Source: Octopus vulgaris (Eukaryota). From it: a DNA stretch of 64,000 bases. Positions 39,850-53,334 of this stretch are shown one piece after another. The stretch covers positions 37,324,001 to 37,388,000 of the forward strand of contig OX597819.1 of the NCBI GenBank assembly GCA_951406725.2, written 5' to 3'. The notes under the pieces are model-generated. The model saw only the letters and a program-made list of their open reading frames with translations. It was not told where the DNA came from and ran no database searches. The translations under genes were made by a program, and so were the position numbers. Positions within the stretch are counted from its first letter, which is position 1. Each line of letters begins with the position of its first letter.

Positions 39850-40757
39850 GCAGGCGTTCTGACCGATATCATTACTCCTGGTTAATGCTCTGTGAACACT
39901 CTAAAGGCTGAAAGACACGACAGGGACAGCTGCAACAGAGATTACTAATCTTTGGCTAGCATGCGTTCCGACTGCGTCCATACACCGGAATTCATTCAAC
40001 AACTTCAGGACAAGGTTATGGAAGATCTCAGCAAGGGAATCCAGGCTTTGGTGAGAGAGATGAGTGTTAGAGTTGTCACATGAAGATGGCCCTGAATGAA
40101 GACCGTTCGTACAAAAGGTACAAGGGACAAAGTCCGGCAGTCAAGGCCAATGAGAAGCTCCTGAATGAACTGTGATCTGCTGCTGAGCCAGGGATAATCT
40201 GGATATTTCGATCGTGTGACCGTGTGGTAAATGCATATAGCCTTCTGCCATGACCTGTTGCACAACACCCAGGCGGCAATATGAAGATGCTGGAGACTGA
40301 GATCAATCCCTGCCTGGAGAGAGTTGCTACTGGAAGGCCATATGTTGGCAGCAAGATTTAACTCCTTGACATACTTCTGGAAAGAAACCGGAGGTGGGTG
40401 TCAAAGAATTTCTACGACTTCATCAGCCCCAGTGTCTGCCTAATTCCCCCGATTGTAATCCAATGGATTACTATGTGTGGAGCGCGGTTAGAAAGACACT
40501 AAAAGTCCGATCTGGTGGCCAAGATCAAGAACGTGTTTGAAGATCTTCCTAGGGAGAGAATGCAGAACGCATGCGCCAGGTTCTGAGCCGTCTCGAGGTC
40601 GTGATGGAAGCTGAGATGGCAACTTTGAGTAAACTGTTATCTCCCAACCATAATTTACTTGATATATTTCGATTTTTCAAAAGCACTTGTTTAGTATCGG
40701 ATATTGTTTTTTCTATTCCTTTTATGTAAACTGTCAAATTTAACCCAAATACCCTGT
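39850..40757 (+). mobile_element. Degraded Tc1/mariner-superfamily transposon
   Basis: Frameshifted motifs LERVATGRPYV.QQD and PNSPDCNPMDYYVW. Ends ...ACCCTGT. Confidence 0.75.
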
Positions 40758-40759
40758 GT

Positions 40760-40946
40760 GTACCGTTGGCGATTTTTTTCCCTCTGTCTTCCCTTCTCTG
40801 GATCTTTCCTTGTCCTATGTTTCCGACGAAGAGCTTCGCTCGAAACATTAAACCCTCCTTCTTTCCTTCTTTCCTGAGTGTCCAATAATACTATATTTGT
40901 TCCACGTCCTCGCGTTGTTGTCTTTTTTGTGCTTTCTTGTTTGGAT

Positions 40947-40951
<5 letters not shown>
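40760..40951 (+). mobile_element. (TA)n-terminated element with variant hammerhead
   Basis: gttt-CCGACGA-a-gagc-ttc-gctc-GAAAC-atta-aac at 40819-40853. Pyrimidine-rich, runs into (TA)n, and is homologous to 41420-41632. Confidence 0.62.
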
Positions 40952-41014
<63 letters not shown>

Positions 41015-41143
41015 GTTACATTATATATATATAATATGTTACATTACTCGGTACCAAGTAATGTAACATATTGTATAGATAAATTTCCTCTATTTACATA
41101 ATATTGAGGTCTCTTTCTTTCTTTTGTTATCTTACCGTTTTAT

Positions 41144-41214
<71 letters not shown>

Positions 41215-41229
41215 TATATATGTATATAA

Positions 41230-41415
41230 GGGTACAGGACGTCACCAACTGTGTAAACAACATGAAGTACGAAAACAAACGAGTTAAATACGCAAACAAC
41301 GAGAGAGAAAATTTGAAAACAGGACAAGTAAACACAGAGAACGACCCTTCATCAGTTGTCGGCTGTCTATCTACTCCTCATTTCGAGCATTTAACGGCAA
41401 TATGAGTCTTCAAAA
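41230..41415 (-). mobile_element. (TA)n-adjacent element (family of 17680-17856)
   Basis: High reverse-complement identity to 17690-17856. Confidence 0.7.
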
Positions 41416-41419
41416 ATGT

Positions 41420-41632
41420 AACCGCACGTGGACTATAGGCGATTTTTTTCCCGACCCTTTCTTCTTCCCTTTGGACTTCCCTACTTTTCCTGTTTCCGAA
41501 GAAGAACTATACTCGAAACGTAGTCTTTTCCTTCTCCGAGCGTCAAATTAATACTTTGTTTGTGCTACGTCCTCATGTTTGTTTGTTTTTTTCTTTTTCT
41601 TTTTCCGTTTTTTTTCTCTGATTTTGGGGAAT
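41420..41632 (+). mobile_element. Second copy of the 40760 family
   Basis: GGCGATTTTTT..TGTTTCCGAAGAAGA...CTCGAAACGTA..GAGCGTC..AATACT..ACGTCCTC. Confidence 0.62.
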
Positions 41633-41722
<90 letters not shown>

Positions 41723-41748
41723 TATACATATACATATGCATGTATGTG

Positions 41749-41784
<36 letters not shown>

Positions 41785-41859
41785 TACATGCATACATGCA
41801 TACATACATACATGCACACATACAAACATACATACATACATACATACATACACACACAC

Positions 41860-43218
41860 GGGATTGAGTGAAGCCGAAAGATTCATAGACTGATGAAGAT
41901 GCTCTCATGGAATATGACCAAGTGGGGTTACTTCTCAACGTAGTCAACCTTCCGTCTCACACACTCCTTTCATCAGTGTTGCAATGCTCGGGTCGATCTC
42001 ATTGTTTTCATCTTGTTGGTCAAAAAAGTCATCACCAATATGTATGACGCCATTATCACTGCGATATTGGTTCCCAGCCAAGTGTATTTCCATGTTGAGG
42101 AGTAGATGGTACTCAGATAGGGCCAAATCAGAAAAATAGGGATAGTGAACAACCACTTCAAAGCCACAGTCACGCTCTTTTGAAGTTGCTGAATAAAAAC
42201 AATGCCTTTTGAATCCCCCAAAAACTGAGGTCATCACCTTTCCTTGCAAATGAAACGACCTTGGCCTTCTTTGGAGCAGATGAGGATGGGTGTTCCCACT
42301 GTATGGATTATCTCTTTGTCTCTGGTTCTAAGTGATGAACCCAGTACTCCTCCTGGGTTAGGAAGCGTTCAAGGAGGCCATATGGACCTACCTGGAACCA
42401 TGTCAGATTTTCTTGTGATGTGTTCAGCCTGGTGCGCTTTTCATCAGGTGTCAGAACACATCGGTACCCACCGAGCAGAAACCTTCGTCATACCAAGTTC
42501 ATTATGTAGAATATTCTCAATTCTCAAACGGGACATGCTAATAGCATTGGCTGTTTGGTTTATAGTCAATCACCTGTCATCCATCACCATATGATGAGCA
42601 TGAACAATGTTTTCCTCGCTGATGGCAGTTGCAAGACGTCCAGACCTTGGATCATCTTCAAGACTCCTCCTTCCCCTCCTATATTCAACTGCTCGCTTTT
42701 GCACTGTTGATAAAGCTGGAACGTTATCCATGAATGTCCTTGGGGACTAAACCTGCAGTACTTGATAACACCAAGATGTTGTTTGTTTCTTCTCGAGCCA
42801 TGCCTGGCTCAGAAGGGTCGGTTTCCCGGTTTTTTTGGTGTATAGGTTCCCGACCTGGACGGGACGCCGGTCCATCGCAGGTGAGCTGCTAGATGCAGGA
42901 GAAAAGATGCAGCAGAAGTTTCGCCATTACCTTCTGCTGGATCGCGTGGAGCTTAGGTTTTTCGCTCATAAACACACACATCGCCCGGTCCGAGATTCGA
43001 ACCCGCGATCCCTCGACTGCGAGTCCGTTGCTCTAACCACTAGGCCATGTTCCTCCAAATAACACCAAGATGCCAAATTTTGTCCAATTTCTAGAGAAGT
43101 CGCTACAATTTACTTTTGAAGTTTTCTTTCAACTGTCAGATGTCAGTTTACCTGTTAAGAAACAATGCAGTTAATAAGAACAAGAACTGAAATTAACGTA
43201 TACAAGATTTCACAGCTC
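41860..43218 (-). mobile_element. Degraded mariner transposon
   Basis: HYPYFSDLALSEYHLL (YSPDLAPSDYHLF motif) and DDFFDQQDE. Interrupted by a SINE. Confidence 0.8.
42779..43058 (-). mobile_element. SINE family B
   Basis: 14-bp TSD ATAACACCAAGATG (42765-42778, 43059-43072). Confidence 0.92.
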
Positions 43219-43630
43219 GGATCTTTTCGGTTTGAACGGTAGTTTTTAACATAATTTCTAGGTAACTAAAAAATTTTAAACTTCGTATACTGGTAGAATG
43301 TATTTATAAAACATCTTTTTCTCTTGGCTTTATTGAGAAAATTCTATAGTTTGTAAGATATTTGTTGTTTTTTTCTTCAGTTTCTGCAATTTCAACCAAT
43401 CATTGGTGTCTATTGAGGTAAAAAAAACATTCTGTGGCGTATGAATATGTCCCTCGTTTAAGAAACAGATTGGGTTTATTTACATTTGTGAAGAAAAAAA
43501 GATACCCTTCCCTCCATCCCTAACTCTAAAAGATATTGAAATGCAATAGATCGATACTAGGGTCGTAATTATGGGTGACAATTTCATATGACACCGCTAG
43601 AAAAAACTGCCGTTCAAACCGAAAAGATCC
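43219..43630 (-). mobile_element. TTAGGG-containing MITE without matching TSD
   Basis: Both TIRs present. Flanks are CACAGCTC and CAATTTTA. Confidence 0.93.
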
Positions 43631-44329
43631 CAATTTTACAGTGAGGAAAAGATAACATATGCTCAGTTACTAATATAATTGTAATCAATTCAGCAAATAC
43701 GGGAGACAACTCGAGACATTGTCCGATCTCCTTTGACCTCTTCGTTTTATATACCGTGTGCATGTATGTATGTATGTAGAGAGAGAGAAAAAGAAAATGA
43801 GCTTCATGGTGTTCATCCTTTTCCAGGTTAATACTAACGATGACGACAACAAGGCAACGTAATCGTGACTTGTAAGTAAAACGAAACAAGCTCAACGGCG
43901 CTGACACGGTTGATAGTTTAGTAGTAACTAAAACTACTAAGGAAACAGAAGACAACTAAACCTGTGCATAATCAATACGAAAGCGACTTTTAAATCGATG
44001 AAGCAAGTGTCTATTTTCAGCAAAAGACTGCACCAGTTCAGTAGGAATATGCCACCGTATGCAAAATAAGCATTTGACATGCGTGAGAAATAAAATTAAT
44101 GCACCAAACTCCATAGCTTTTTATGCAAACATATTTCTTATCTTACTCTTTCTCTCCCCCTCTTCTCGATACATATCTTTGGGTTTTTTGGGGTTTTTTG
44201 TTTTTTTAAATCTGGTCATAATAAATATTCCACTCACTGATCACATTCTGCTAAAATACTGCGAAAGGTTTGAAAGACTGAAAAAAAAAAGAAAAAAAAC
44301 GAAAACGTGAAGAGATAATGTAGGTGATA

Positions 44330-44548
44330 TTGTGGTTGGTAGTGATCATGGCGACGGCGGCGGTGGCGGCGGTGGCGGTGGTGGCGGTGGTGTTGCATGT
44401 GTTGTTGACACGACAACAGCGGTAGCAACAAGAACGATAACGAACGAGAAAGCTGAATGAAAAAAAACCATGGAAATGATGATAATGATGATGAGGAGGA
44501 AGAGATGGGGAGAGTAGTAAGAGGCGGAGGAGGGAGTTGTTGTTGTTG

Positions 44549-44580
<32 letters not shown>

Positions 44581-44850
44581 GGTGATAGTGGTGATAGTGG
44601 TGGTGGTGGTGATGATAGTGGTGATAGTGGTGGTGGTGGTGGTGGTGGTGGTGATAGTGGTGATAGTGGTGGTGGTGGTGATGATAGTGGTGATGGTGGT
44701 GGTGGTGGTGATAGTGGTGATAGTGGTGGTGGTGATAGTGGTGATAGTGGTGGTGGTGATAGTGGTGATAGTGGTGGTGGTGGTGGTGGTGGTGGTGGTA
44801 GTGGTGGTACGGACGACGAAGGTACTGACGGAGGTGACGATGACGACAGC

Positions 44851-44910
<60 letters not shown>
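44330..44910. repeat. Compound trinucleotide array (GTT/GGT/GATAGTGGT/GAT)
   Basis: Read directly from the sequence. Confidence 0.95.
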
Positions 44911-44911
<1 letters not shown>

Positions 44912-45545
44912 GAGACGAAAGATAGTTGCCTGTCGTCGATATTGGCGAAGAAAAATTGTCAGATCTTCCTCAATTATTTCAGAAGATACCTGTTTCAAAT
45001 CGTTTTTCTTTAAGTTTTACTTTCACTTTCATTATTCCGATACAATTTGTTTGATGTGGAGACGAAAGATTCCTCAATGCGTACTCTCAATTTTCTTTGT
45101 GTGTGCGTATGTGTGTATGTGTGTCTGTGCAGTGTACATACATACGTGTTTGCGTACGTGTGTACGCACATGTGTTCGTACATATGTACGTATTGTTGGT
45201 GCTGAGCTCCAGGTTAGTTCTTATCGAGCTGACAGACCTATGATCTCAAATATTCCAGCCATGACGAACCCGTCTTTTTCCTATGTGCAGGCAACTCGGG
45301 GCCACGTTAACCAATGTGATCAATTTTATTTCTTATAAGATGTCAGCGGGTACATGGAGAAATATTTGGTTCCTATTTCTAGCAATCCGAACGACTACGT
45401 AGACGCTTCCTAGTTGCTTGCATATGTGTATGATATGTTGTGTGTATGTGTGTGCGCGTGTGTGTGTGTGTGTTTGTATGTTTGTGTGTGTGCATAAATA
45501 AATGTGTTCAATAAATACCACAGAATTTCTTGTGTAATCAACTAA

Positions 45546-45662
<117 letters not shown>

Positions 45663-45823
45663 CATCATCATTAAGGGTAAAGCACAGTCGATAAAGTAAG
45701 TACTAGTCAAGTACTAGAATCGATATAATCAATTGTTTTCCCTAGCCCAGCCGCAAATTCCTGGCCTTGTGCTTATGTAAGAAACCATTACTGAGAGAGA
45801 GAGAGAGAGAGAGAGCAATAGAT

Positions 45824-45857
<34 letters not shown>

Positions 45858-46052
45858 GAATAGGAGCAAAAGGAGAAGGAAATAAAGCGAGAAAGGAGAG
45901 AGGGAGAAAAAAAGATGGGGAAATTATGAATAGCTGTACATGAAAACGGTCATTGACCTCAAATGAACGGAGTCCGCTTACGTCATCGCCAAACAGATAT
46001 AATCTTTATACTAAAGAAGACGACACTAGACATCATCATCCTCATCATCATT

Positions 46053-46110
<58 letters not shown>

Positions 46111-47417
46111 ATATTATATATACATATACGAATGTTTCTTAAAGGCTTTCTTCATCTATTATTTTTTCTTCTCTATCAATTTCAAAGCAAGACAAAATAA
46201 ATGAAAAAATATCAACATCATCGCCATCATCATCGTTACTATTATTATTGCTTATTTAGTTATTTATTACTTTCACACACACACACACTTCCCCTCCGTT
46301 TTCCAGTAGTCGGTTTTCTCAATTACTACCTCCTCCCTCTTCAATCACAATACTTCGCGAAAAATCCATTGAGCTGTCTGGGAGAATTTTTCTTCTCCAG
46401 ACCTTCTCTCACAGAGTTTGGTGTTCATTGTTTAGAACTAAGCGAGAGTTCAACGACCTGAAATCAGAGAAAATGCATAAATCAAATAAATAAATGAATT
46501 GAACAGAAAACAAATCGTCTTATACAAGTCTGTCATTTCCTACCTATCAACTAGTATCTATTTTTTTTAGAAAAAAATATTTTGTGGGGTTTTAGTAAAG
46601 AAGGGATAGTTATATCTACAACCTTTTCTAGCGTTTTCGATACTAGTAGGTGGGGACGATGAAGGTATCTTCAGAGATCTGCCGCATATATTTGCAACAG
46701 AATGGACTTTGCTAGGGGCGTCCAAGGGGTACGCAATGATTTTTAAACAAATACTGCGAGGCATTCGGTTCAATGTTATAACAGTTTCGCCATTCCATTG
46801 TTCTGAATTTTTCTTTTGTCTTTTGCTTATTTCAGTCATTGGACTGCAGTCATGCTGGGACACCGCCTTGAAGAGTTTCGTCAAATAAATCTACTTCAGT
46901 ACCTTTTTTAAAAATCTGGTACTTAATCTATCGGTTTCTTTTTGTCGAACTGCTATGTTACAGAGGCGTAAACAAACCAGCGCCTGTTGCTAAAATGGGG
47001 TGGCGTACAAACACAAAAACACACAGATATGTGTGTGTGTGTGTGGTTGGTCCGAAGTTAGAATTGAAAAACACTAGCCTTAAGTGTCATGCAGTGGGAC
47101 TGGACCTGGAACCAAGTTGCTGGAAAGCAAATCTCTTAACACGCAGCAACTCCTACCGACTTCAAAAAGATGAAAAGCCAAGTTATCTTCAGCGAGATTT
47201 GAACTCAGAATGCATTGAGTCAGAACAAATAGTTCAAGGCAATCTATCTGACGCTCTAGCAGCACTGTTAGTTCACTGCCCGGAAAAATGCTATTTAGAT
47301 CAGTAAAGGTCAGCCTTTTTGCTTTCCGTATATGTTTGTATATCGTCCGTGATCCACACAGCGTGGATTCAATAAATCCAAAACACAATGTTAACTCTAA
47401 TTCAAATTCTATTAAGC

Positions 47418-47627
47418 TTTTCTACTAGAGGTACAAGACCTGAAATTTTGGAAGAGAGGAGTAGCTGCTTACATCGACCCCAATGCCCCACTGGAACTAT
47501 TTTATGATCCAGAAAGGATGAAGAGCAAAGTTAACCTCGGCGGAATTTGAATTCAGAATATAAAGCTGAAAGAAATGCCGCTAAGCATTTTGTTCGGCGT
47601 GCTAACGATTCCGCCAGCTCGCCGCCT
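47418..47627 (-). mobile_element. SINE family A (further degenerate copies at ~47650-47890 and 47908-48095)
   Basis: Reverse match to the family head and core. Confidence 0.8.
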
Positions 47628-48181
47628 TTTTTCAAACTATAATAATAATAATTGTTTTATAATTTAAGCACAAGGCCAACAATTTTGAAGAGGTGAAGTT
47701 AGTCGATCATACGAACTCCATTTTTTTATATTTTATTTTTTCGATCAAGTGAAGATGAAATGCGAAGTTGATATCAGTAGAATTTGAACTCAAAAAGTAA
47801 AACCTAGGAGAAATACCACAATTCCATTTTTTTTTTTTTTTTTTTTTTACCCTGATGCCCTAACAATTCTGCCAAGCTCACTGTCTTCAAGCTGAAACTG
47901 TTATAATCCTTTCTACTCAAGGCATAAGACCTGAAATTTTGGGGTTGGGGACCGGTCAGTTACATCGACCTCAATGCTCAACTGGGTTTTTGGAACCCGA
48001 CCGCTGCGGAATTTGAATTCAGAACGTAAAGACGGACGAAGTGCTGTTAAACTCTTTATCAAGCGTGCCAACGATTCCGCTAGCTCACCTCCTTAGCTAC
48101 AGCAGTAATAGTAACAAAAATCATCACCAAACATATCAGAAATTTTGGAATGTCCAGTTAGGTAACACAATTTGAATAGTT

Positions 48182-48468
48182 ATCGACCAGACTATAGCAT
48201 GTTATTATATGTCGCTGGTCAGATTGCGCTTCCGCGCATTGTTATAGCTTTCAATGATGCCGCTCTGCTGACAAGGCGAGTAGGTCAAGATTTTTCCCGA
48301 ACGGAACGCCAGTTTACTACAGGTTAACCATTTACAACTGAGTGGACTGGAGTAACGTGTAATGTGGTGTTTTGCTCAAGAACACAACGCACCGCTAGTC
48401 TGGGAATCGAAACCACGATGTTGCGATGGTGAGTGCAACATATAACCACTAGTCAACGTGCCTTCACG
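48182..48468 (-). mobile_element. tRNA-headed SINE (LINE-tail family)
   Basis: Homologous to 2085-2612 and 9581-9850. Confidence 0.78.
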
Positions 48469-48740
48469 GCAAACCAACATAATGTGAAAAGACCCTCGAA
48501 AGCCAATGAAAATGAGAAAACCCTAAATCTAATTGTGTAGACCCCCAATAGTCCCTTTAATGACAATTGCTTGACCAAAGGAATATAGAGCTAAAGTCCA
48601 AGTCTTTACCATCTCTGCATACAAAACTTACACCGAGACAACAAAAAGCAGCACCAAGATGGGTTTTTACCTGCACAAAAATTCTTTTAAATACCTAGAA
48701 AACAGGCCCTCAATGAATATACGTGACTACTGAAAGAGTT

Positions 48741-49157
48741 CTTAGGTAGTGGGTAGCGATTTTCTTCACTACTTCGGGGAGTGACGACCCTGCCTGACAC
48801 GAGTCCCGGGTTCAGCTGGCTCCGTCTGACAGTACCCGGTATAGGCCCTTATCCAGGGTTACGGAAAGGAGACAACCTTCAAAGAAATCCGGAGTGGAGC
48901 CCCGTAGACGGTTTAGTGTTCGACTCGACATTCTTCCAGCAGCTCCTGCAACCAAGCTGGTGCCAAACGTAATGCTCTGCACTCCTTTGGACTACGTCAG
49001 CGATGTCGAAAGAGGACTCCTGACGATTGGGCTACCCAGGATTTTCTTACATCTAGCCCAGGCCTGCGCAAAACTGGAGAGGACACGAAATGTAAAAACC
49101 AGACTAGATTAGTTTATGCGCAACTCCATTGTCTCCTGAAACAAAAGGATGCCAACA
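48741..49157 (+). mobile_element. Non-autonomous RTE-derived element
   Basis: 12-bp TSD ACTGAAAGAGTT (48729-48740, 49158-49169). The 3' ~65 bp match the RTE tail at ~63865-63930. Confidence 0.85.
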
Positions 49158-49299
49158 ACTGAAAGAGTTTAGTTCGGCACCTTTGAAAATTCACTAGTCT
49201 ATTTTAGAAAAAGCAATCCCATACAAACATGGATCTCATTGTCATTCCATAGATGCCGGTTGATTCCATAGATGTCGTATTCAGTTACGTCACTTGATA

Positions 49300-50045
49300 T
49301 TTCTTGTGTGTAGTTCTCAAGTCAGTGAGACATGGAAGCGTGCCGTAAAAATCGAGCTAGATGTGTTCCACCAAAGATGCTTGAAGAAGATTCCGAGAAC
49401 GTACCGGCAAGATCGCATAACCAATGAAGACATTCTAAAAAGAGCCAACACCACACCACTTTGCAAAATCATCACAGAAAGAAGATTAAAGCTAGCAGGT
49501 TACATACGGCTACCAGAACAATGTTGTTGTTTTGTTTGTTGTTTGTTCCTTCTTGAGACGTGCCTGGCTCATAAGGGCCGGTTTCCCGGTTTCTTGGCGT
49601 ATAGGTTCCCCACCTGGACGGGACGCCGGTCCATCGCTGGTGTGCTGCAAGATGCAAGAGGAAAGAGTGAGAGAAAGTTGTGGCGAAAGAGTCAACAGAA
49701 GCTTCGCCATTACCTTCTGCCGGAGCCGCATAGAGCTTAGGTGTTTCGCTCATAAACACACACATCGCCCGGTCTGAGATTCGAACCCGCGATCCCTCGA
49801 CCGCGAGCCCGCTGCTCTAACCACTAGGCCATGTGCCTTCACTACCAGAACAATGCCATTTTTAAACAGCTTTCAAATGGATACCACCGGCGGGAAAAAG
49901 AAAATCCGGGTGACTGAAAACTACTGGCGTAGAACATTCATTAACGACGTGAGAAAGGCCGGATGCAGATAAAACCGTGGACCACAGAAACCAATGCTGT
50001 CAACTTGCTGTTCGATGTTTTCGAGAGCACAGGAGAAACTGATAC
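49300..50045 (+). mobile_element. RTE-group LINE 3' relic
   Basis: SETW...LDVFHQRCLKKI...DRITNEDIL...RRLKLAG. Split by a SINE. Confidence 0.8.
49524..49841 (-). mobile_element. SINE family B
   Basis: 14-bp TSD CTACCAGAACAATG (49510-49523, 49842-49855). Confidence 0.93.
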
Positions 50046-50681
50046 TGATGTTTTACGTTCTGAGTTCGTTTCCAAAATAGTAAATTTTCCTTTCATCTTT
50101 CATGAATTGACAAACAAAAGTAACACTTTGCATTAGGTCAGCCTTGATGAAACAGGCCTATCACCAAAACTCTGTCCGTAACTATCCTGTCTTTCACACC
50201 CAGTATGTCTTACCTCCGCCCCACTTTTAAGACGGTTGCGTTTGATTTGAAGGATTTTTAGGTTGATATATCTAGACGATTTATCGACAACGGCAGAGGT
50301 TCCTTCATAGGCATGATTGAAGAACCAATCAAGTCCTCGACACTTCCTGCTTCTAAAATGTGCGGCATTGTGCCAAAATTAGAAATCTTATTGCACAAAT
50401 TGTTTACGTTTCTTATAATCCTTATGAAACCCATACTGACGAAACAATTGCATTTATTTCTTTTTCCACTTTATTACATCCAAAGCAATGGCAAAGATGG
50501 ATTATTCTGTTTATTACAAGATATTCATAATTTTCCCTGGCGATTTTTAACATGGTGTTGACTATTTATTTTAGCTCCCTCTTTCGAATACAGTTGGGAA
50601 AAGGCCCAAGTAGTATCGAAATTCTTTAAATTTGTTTACGTTTTATTTATGTTTTCTTTATTTTACTTTATTTTGTGCCTC

Positions 50682-50723
<42 letters not shown>

Positions 50724-50861
50724 TATTATATACACATACACACATACATACATATATATATGCACATATATATATACATATGTATATACATATATATATG
50801 TATATATATATATACGCATATATATGTGTGTCTGTATGTATATATATATGTATATATACAA

Positions 50862-51145
50862 GGGTTGATTCAATAGCACTGTGTACAAACTCTATACTTG
50901 GGATGACCAATTTTAAATACTATTGGATTTTACCCACTAGGTATTGGAATCTTATATGTATAGCATTCTGCCTAAATAATGGATCTACAAATGCAACATC
51001 CCTGTATATCTCACATCTATTTTCATTCCTCCACTACACTCTCTATTTCGTATCTTATCTAAATTAACAATTGCTTAACCATTTTCTCACACTGTCTCCG
51101 ATGAAGGGATATCATAAATATATTGGAAACAGCTGTAAATACCTA
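50862..51145 (+). mobile_element. (TA)n-adjacent hammerhead element, family of 19140-19990
   Basis: gtct-CCGATGA-agggata...GAAAC-agct-GTA at 51094-51137. Stem II is eroded. Confidence 0.62.
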
Positions 51146-51433
51146 GTTTAGCGTAACACTGGAGATCAAAACCAGTACCTCTGGGACAAATTTTGCCAAG
51201 TGGAACAATGATGTTTTCAGGCTCTAAATTCAAGGGTCTGTGAGATTTATATTTTTTTATGGCGGTACCCGTTAGATATTTATGACCTCCCCCTTGGCTC
51301 TCTACTTCAAGGACCGATGCACCAGCTGAATCTTTTTCGGAAGCCTTCGAATTTCAAATTTCGGCTAATTTCAAAAATCACTGGTAGTGCCACCAATAGG
51401 CATTTGTATTCATACACATACCCTCACATACAT

Positions 51434-53186
51434 GATGGCCGTCCACTCGTGACCGAGGAAGACCATTGCCCACCTTCGGGAACATTGTGCGCTCTAGGAC
51501 TAACTTATATTTTGCATTTGCGGCTCCGTTGGTGGCTAATGAGCCCTGCTCTTGACAAGCATACACGACTGCAAACATTGCAGACCAAGCTTTCCACATT
51601 CACTATACGAGCCGTGCGCTTTCGCGCAGCTCGCTTAAGTTCTTCATGCTGGATACGTGCTCTCTCAAAAGTGTCGATCCCCTCCTTAACCTGCTTCCTC
51701 CATCTGTGGCGATGACAGGCATTGTTTTCCCAGTCAGTGTCCTGCATATCAAAGGCCTTTAACGAGGACTTGACACAGTCCTTAAATCACAGCCTTGGTT
51801 TCTGCCGGAGTCTCCTTCCATTCACAAGTTCTCCATAGAGCATCTGCTTAGGAATCCTTCTATCCTCCATTCTAATAAGCTGTCCAGTCCAACGCAACCG
51901 GTGCTTGTGTACCATCGCCTCAATACTCAAGATATCAGCTGTCCTCAGGATCTGTGTGTCTGGAATTTTTGAGGTCCAGCCAACATTGAGAATGTGTCTG
52001 AGACATCTCTGATGAAAACGTTCAAAGACCCTGACCTGACGTTTGTACAGAGTCCATGTCTCACATGAGTAGAGAAGCGATGTCAGTACATAAGCACGGT
52101 ACACAGCAACTTTTGTTCTCCTTGCGATGCCATGTTGGGACCAGACACGAGACTGAAGAGACCGGAAGGAATTAGTTGCTCTCTGATATTTCCTCATCCA
52201 GGGAGCAAGAACGGCTGAGTGTGCTGCCCAGGTAGACAAACTTGTCTACTACCTTCAGAATCGTTCCTTCAACCAAGATAGCTGGTTCTATATATGGATT
52301 TCCTGGTGCAGGCTGGAACATTACAACAGTCTTGTCCAGGCTAATGCTGAGTCCAAATGCCCTGCAAGAAGCAGAAATGCAATTCATGAGTATTTGCATG
52401 TCATCCACTGTATGAGTGACTAAGTCACAGTCATCTGCATAAAGGAGGTCACGAATAATAGACTGGGAAACCGTTGAATTGGCAGCAAATCGTCGAAGAT
52501 TAAAGAGGCGGCCAGAAGATCGATATCTGACATATATTCCCAGAGAGCTAACCTTAGCAAAAGCATGAGTAAAAGTAGCAGCAAAGTACAAAGAAAAGAG
52601 AGTTGGGGTAAGGATGTCATCCTGCTTAACACCATTCTCTACAGGAATGGGTCCTGCCATGGTACCACCAACATTGACCCAAGCCTCCATCCCATCATGA
52701 AATGATTTAATTATTGATACAAAATGATCCGGACATCCAAGTTTGCCAAGTATTTTCCATAGAAAGGCCCTATTTACAGTATCAAAGGCCTTAGTTAAAT
52801 CAATGAATACCTGGACAAGATCCATATTCTGCTCAAAGCACTTCTCCTGCATCTGTCTTGCTGTGAAAATCATATCCATTGTCCCTCTACCAGATAGGAA
52901 GCCACATTGAGATTCAGATAGGACATCATTTATGAGACACCCATTCAGACGGATAAGAAGAATATTTGCCAGAACCTTGCCAGCAGCTGATAGTAGAGCA
53001 ATACCTCTGTAGTTACCACACATTGTTCTGGCTCCGTTTCAGTCGGTCGCGCTAAACCTCCCCGGTCTCCAGGTGAGCAATGCCCTCTCCAAATGGAGCT
53101 GCTCAGACACCCATGCAGCAACCGAATCATACCGCTGTCTTGGGCGACAAGGAGACGACTTTATATCTAGACGACTTTATATCTGA
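51434..53186 (-). mobile_element. RTE-clade LINE, internally deleted and frameshifted
   Basis: RT ORF 52172..53023 (NYRGIALL, QCGF, FIDLTKAFD, GVKQ, LLYADD), a C-terminal ORF and a C2H2 finger CNVC..HQRS. Candidate TSD CTCACATACAT (51423-51433, 53187-53197). Confidence 0.93.
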
Positions 53187-53283
53187 CTCACATACATAGA
53201 GACATACGTATATACATATAAGTGTGTATGTATGTGTGTAATATAAATATACACCTATATACATATGCATATATATCTACATA

Positions 53284-53331
<48 letters not shown>

Positions 53332-53334
<3 letters not shown>

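Noticed and set aside
44234-44998. 254-aa His/Gln-rich ORF
   Set aside because: The open frame is explained by trinucleotide repeats. There is no domain or other support for coding, though an exon cannot be excluded.
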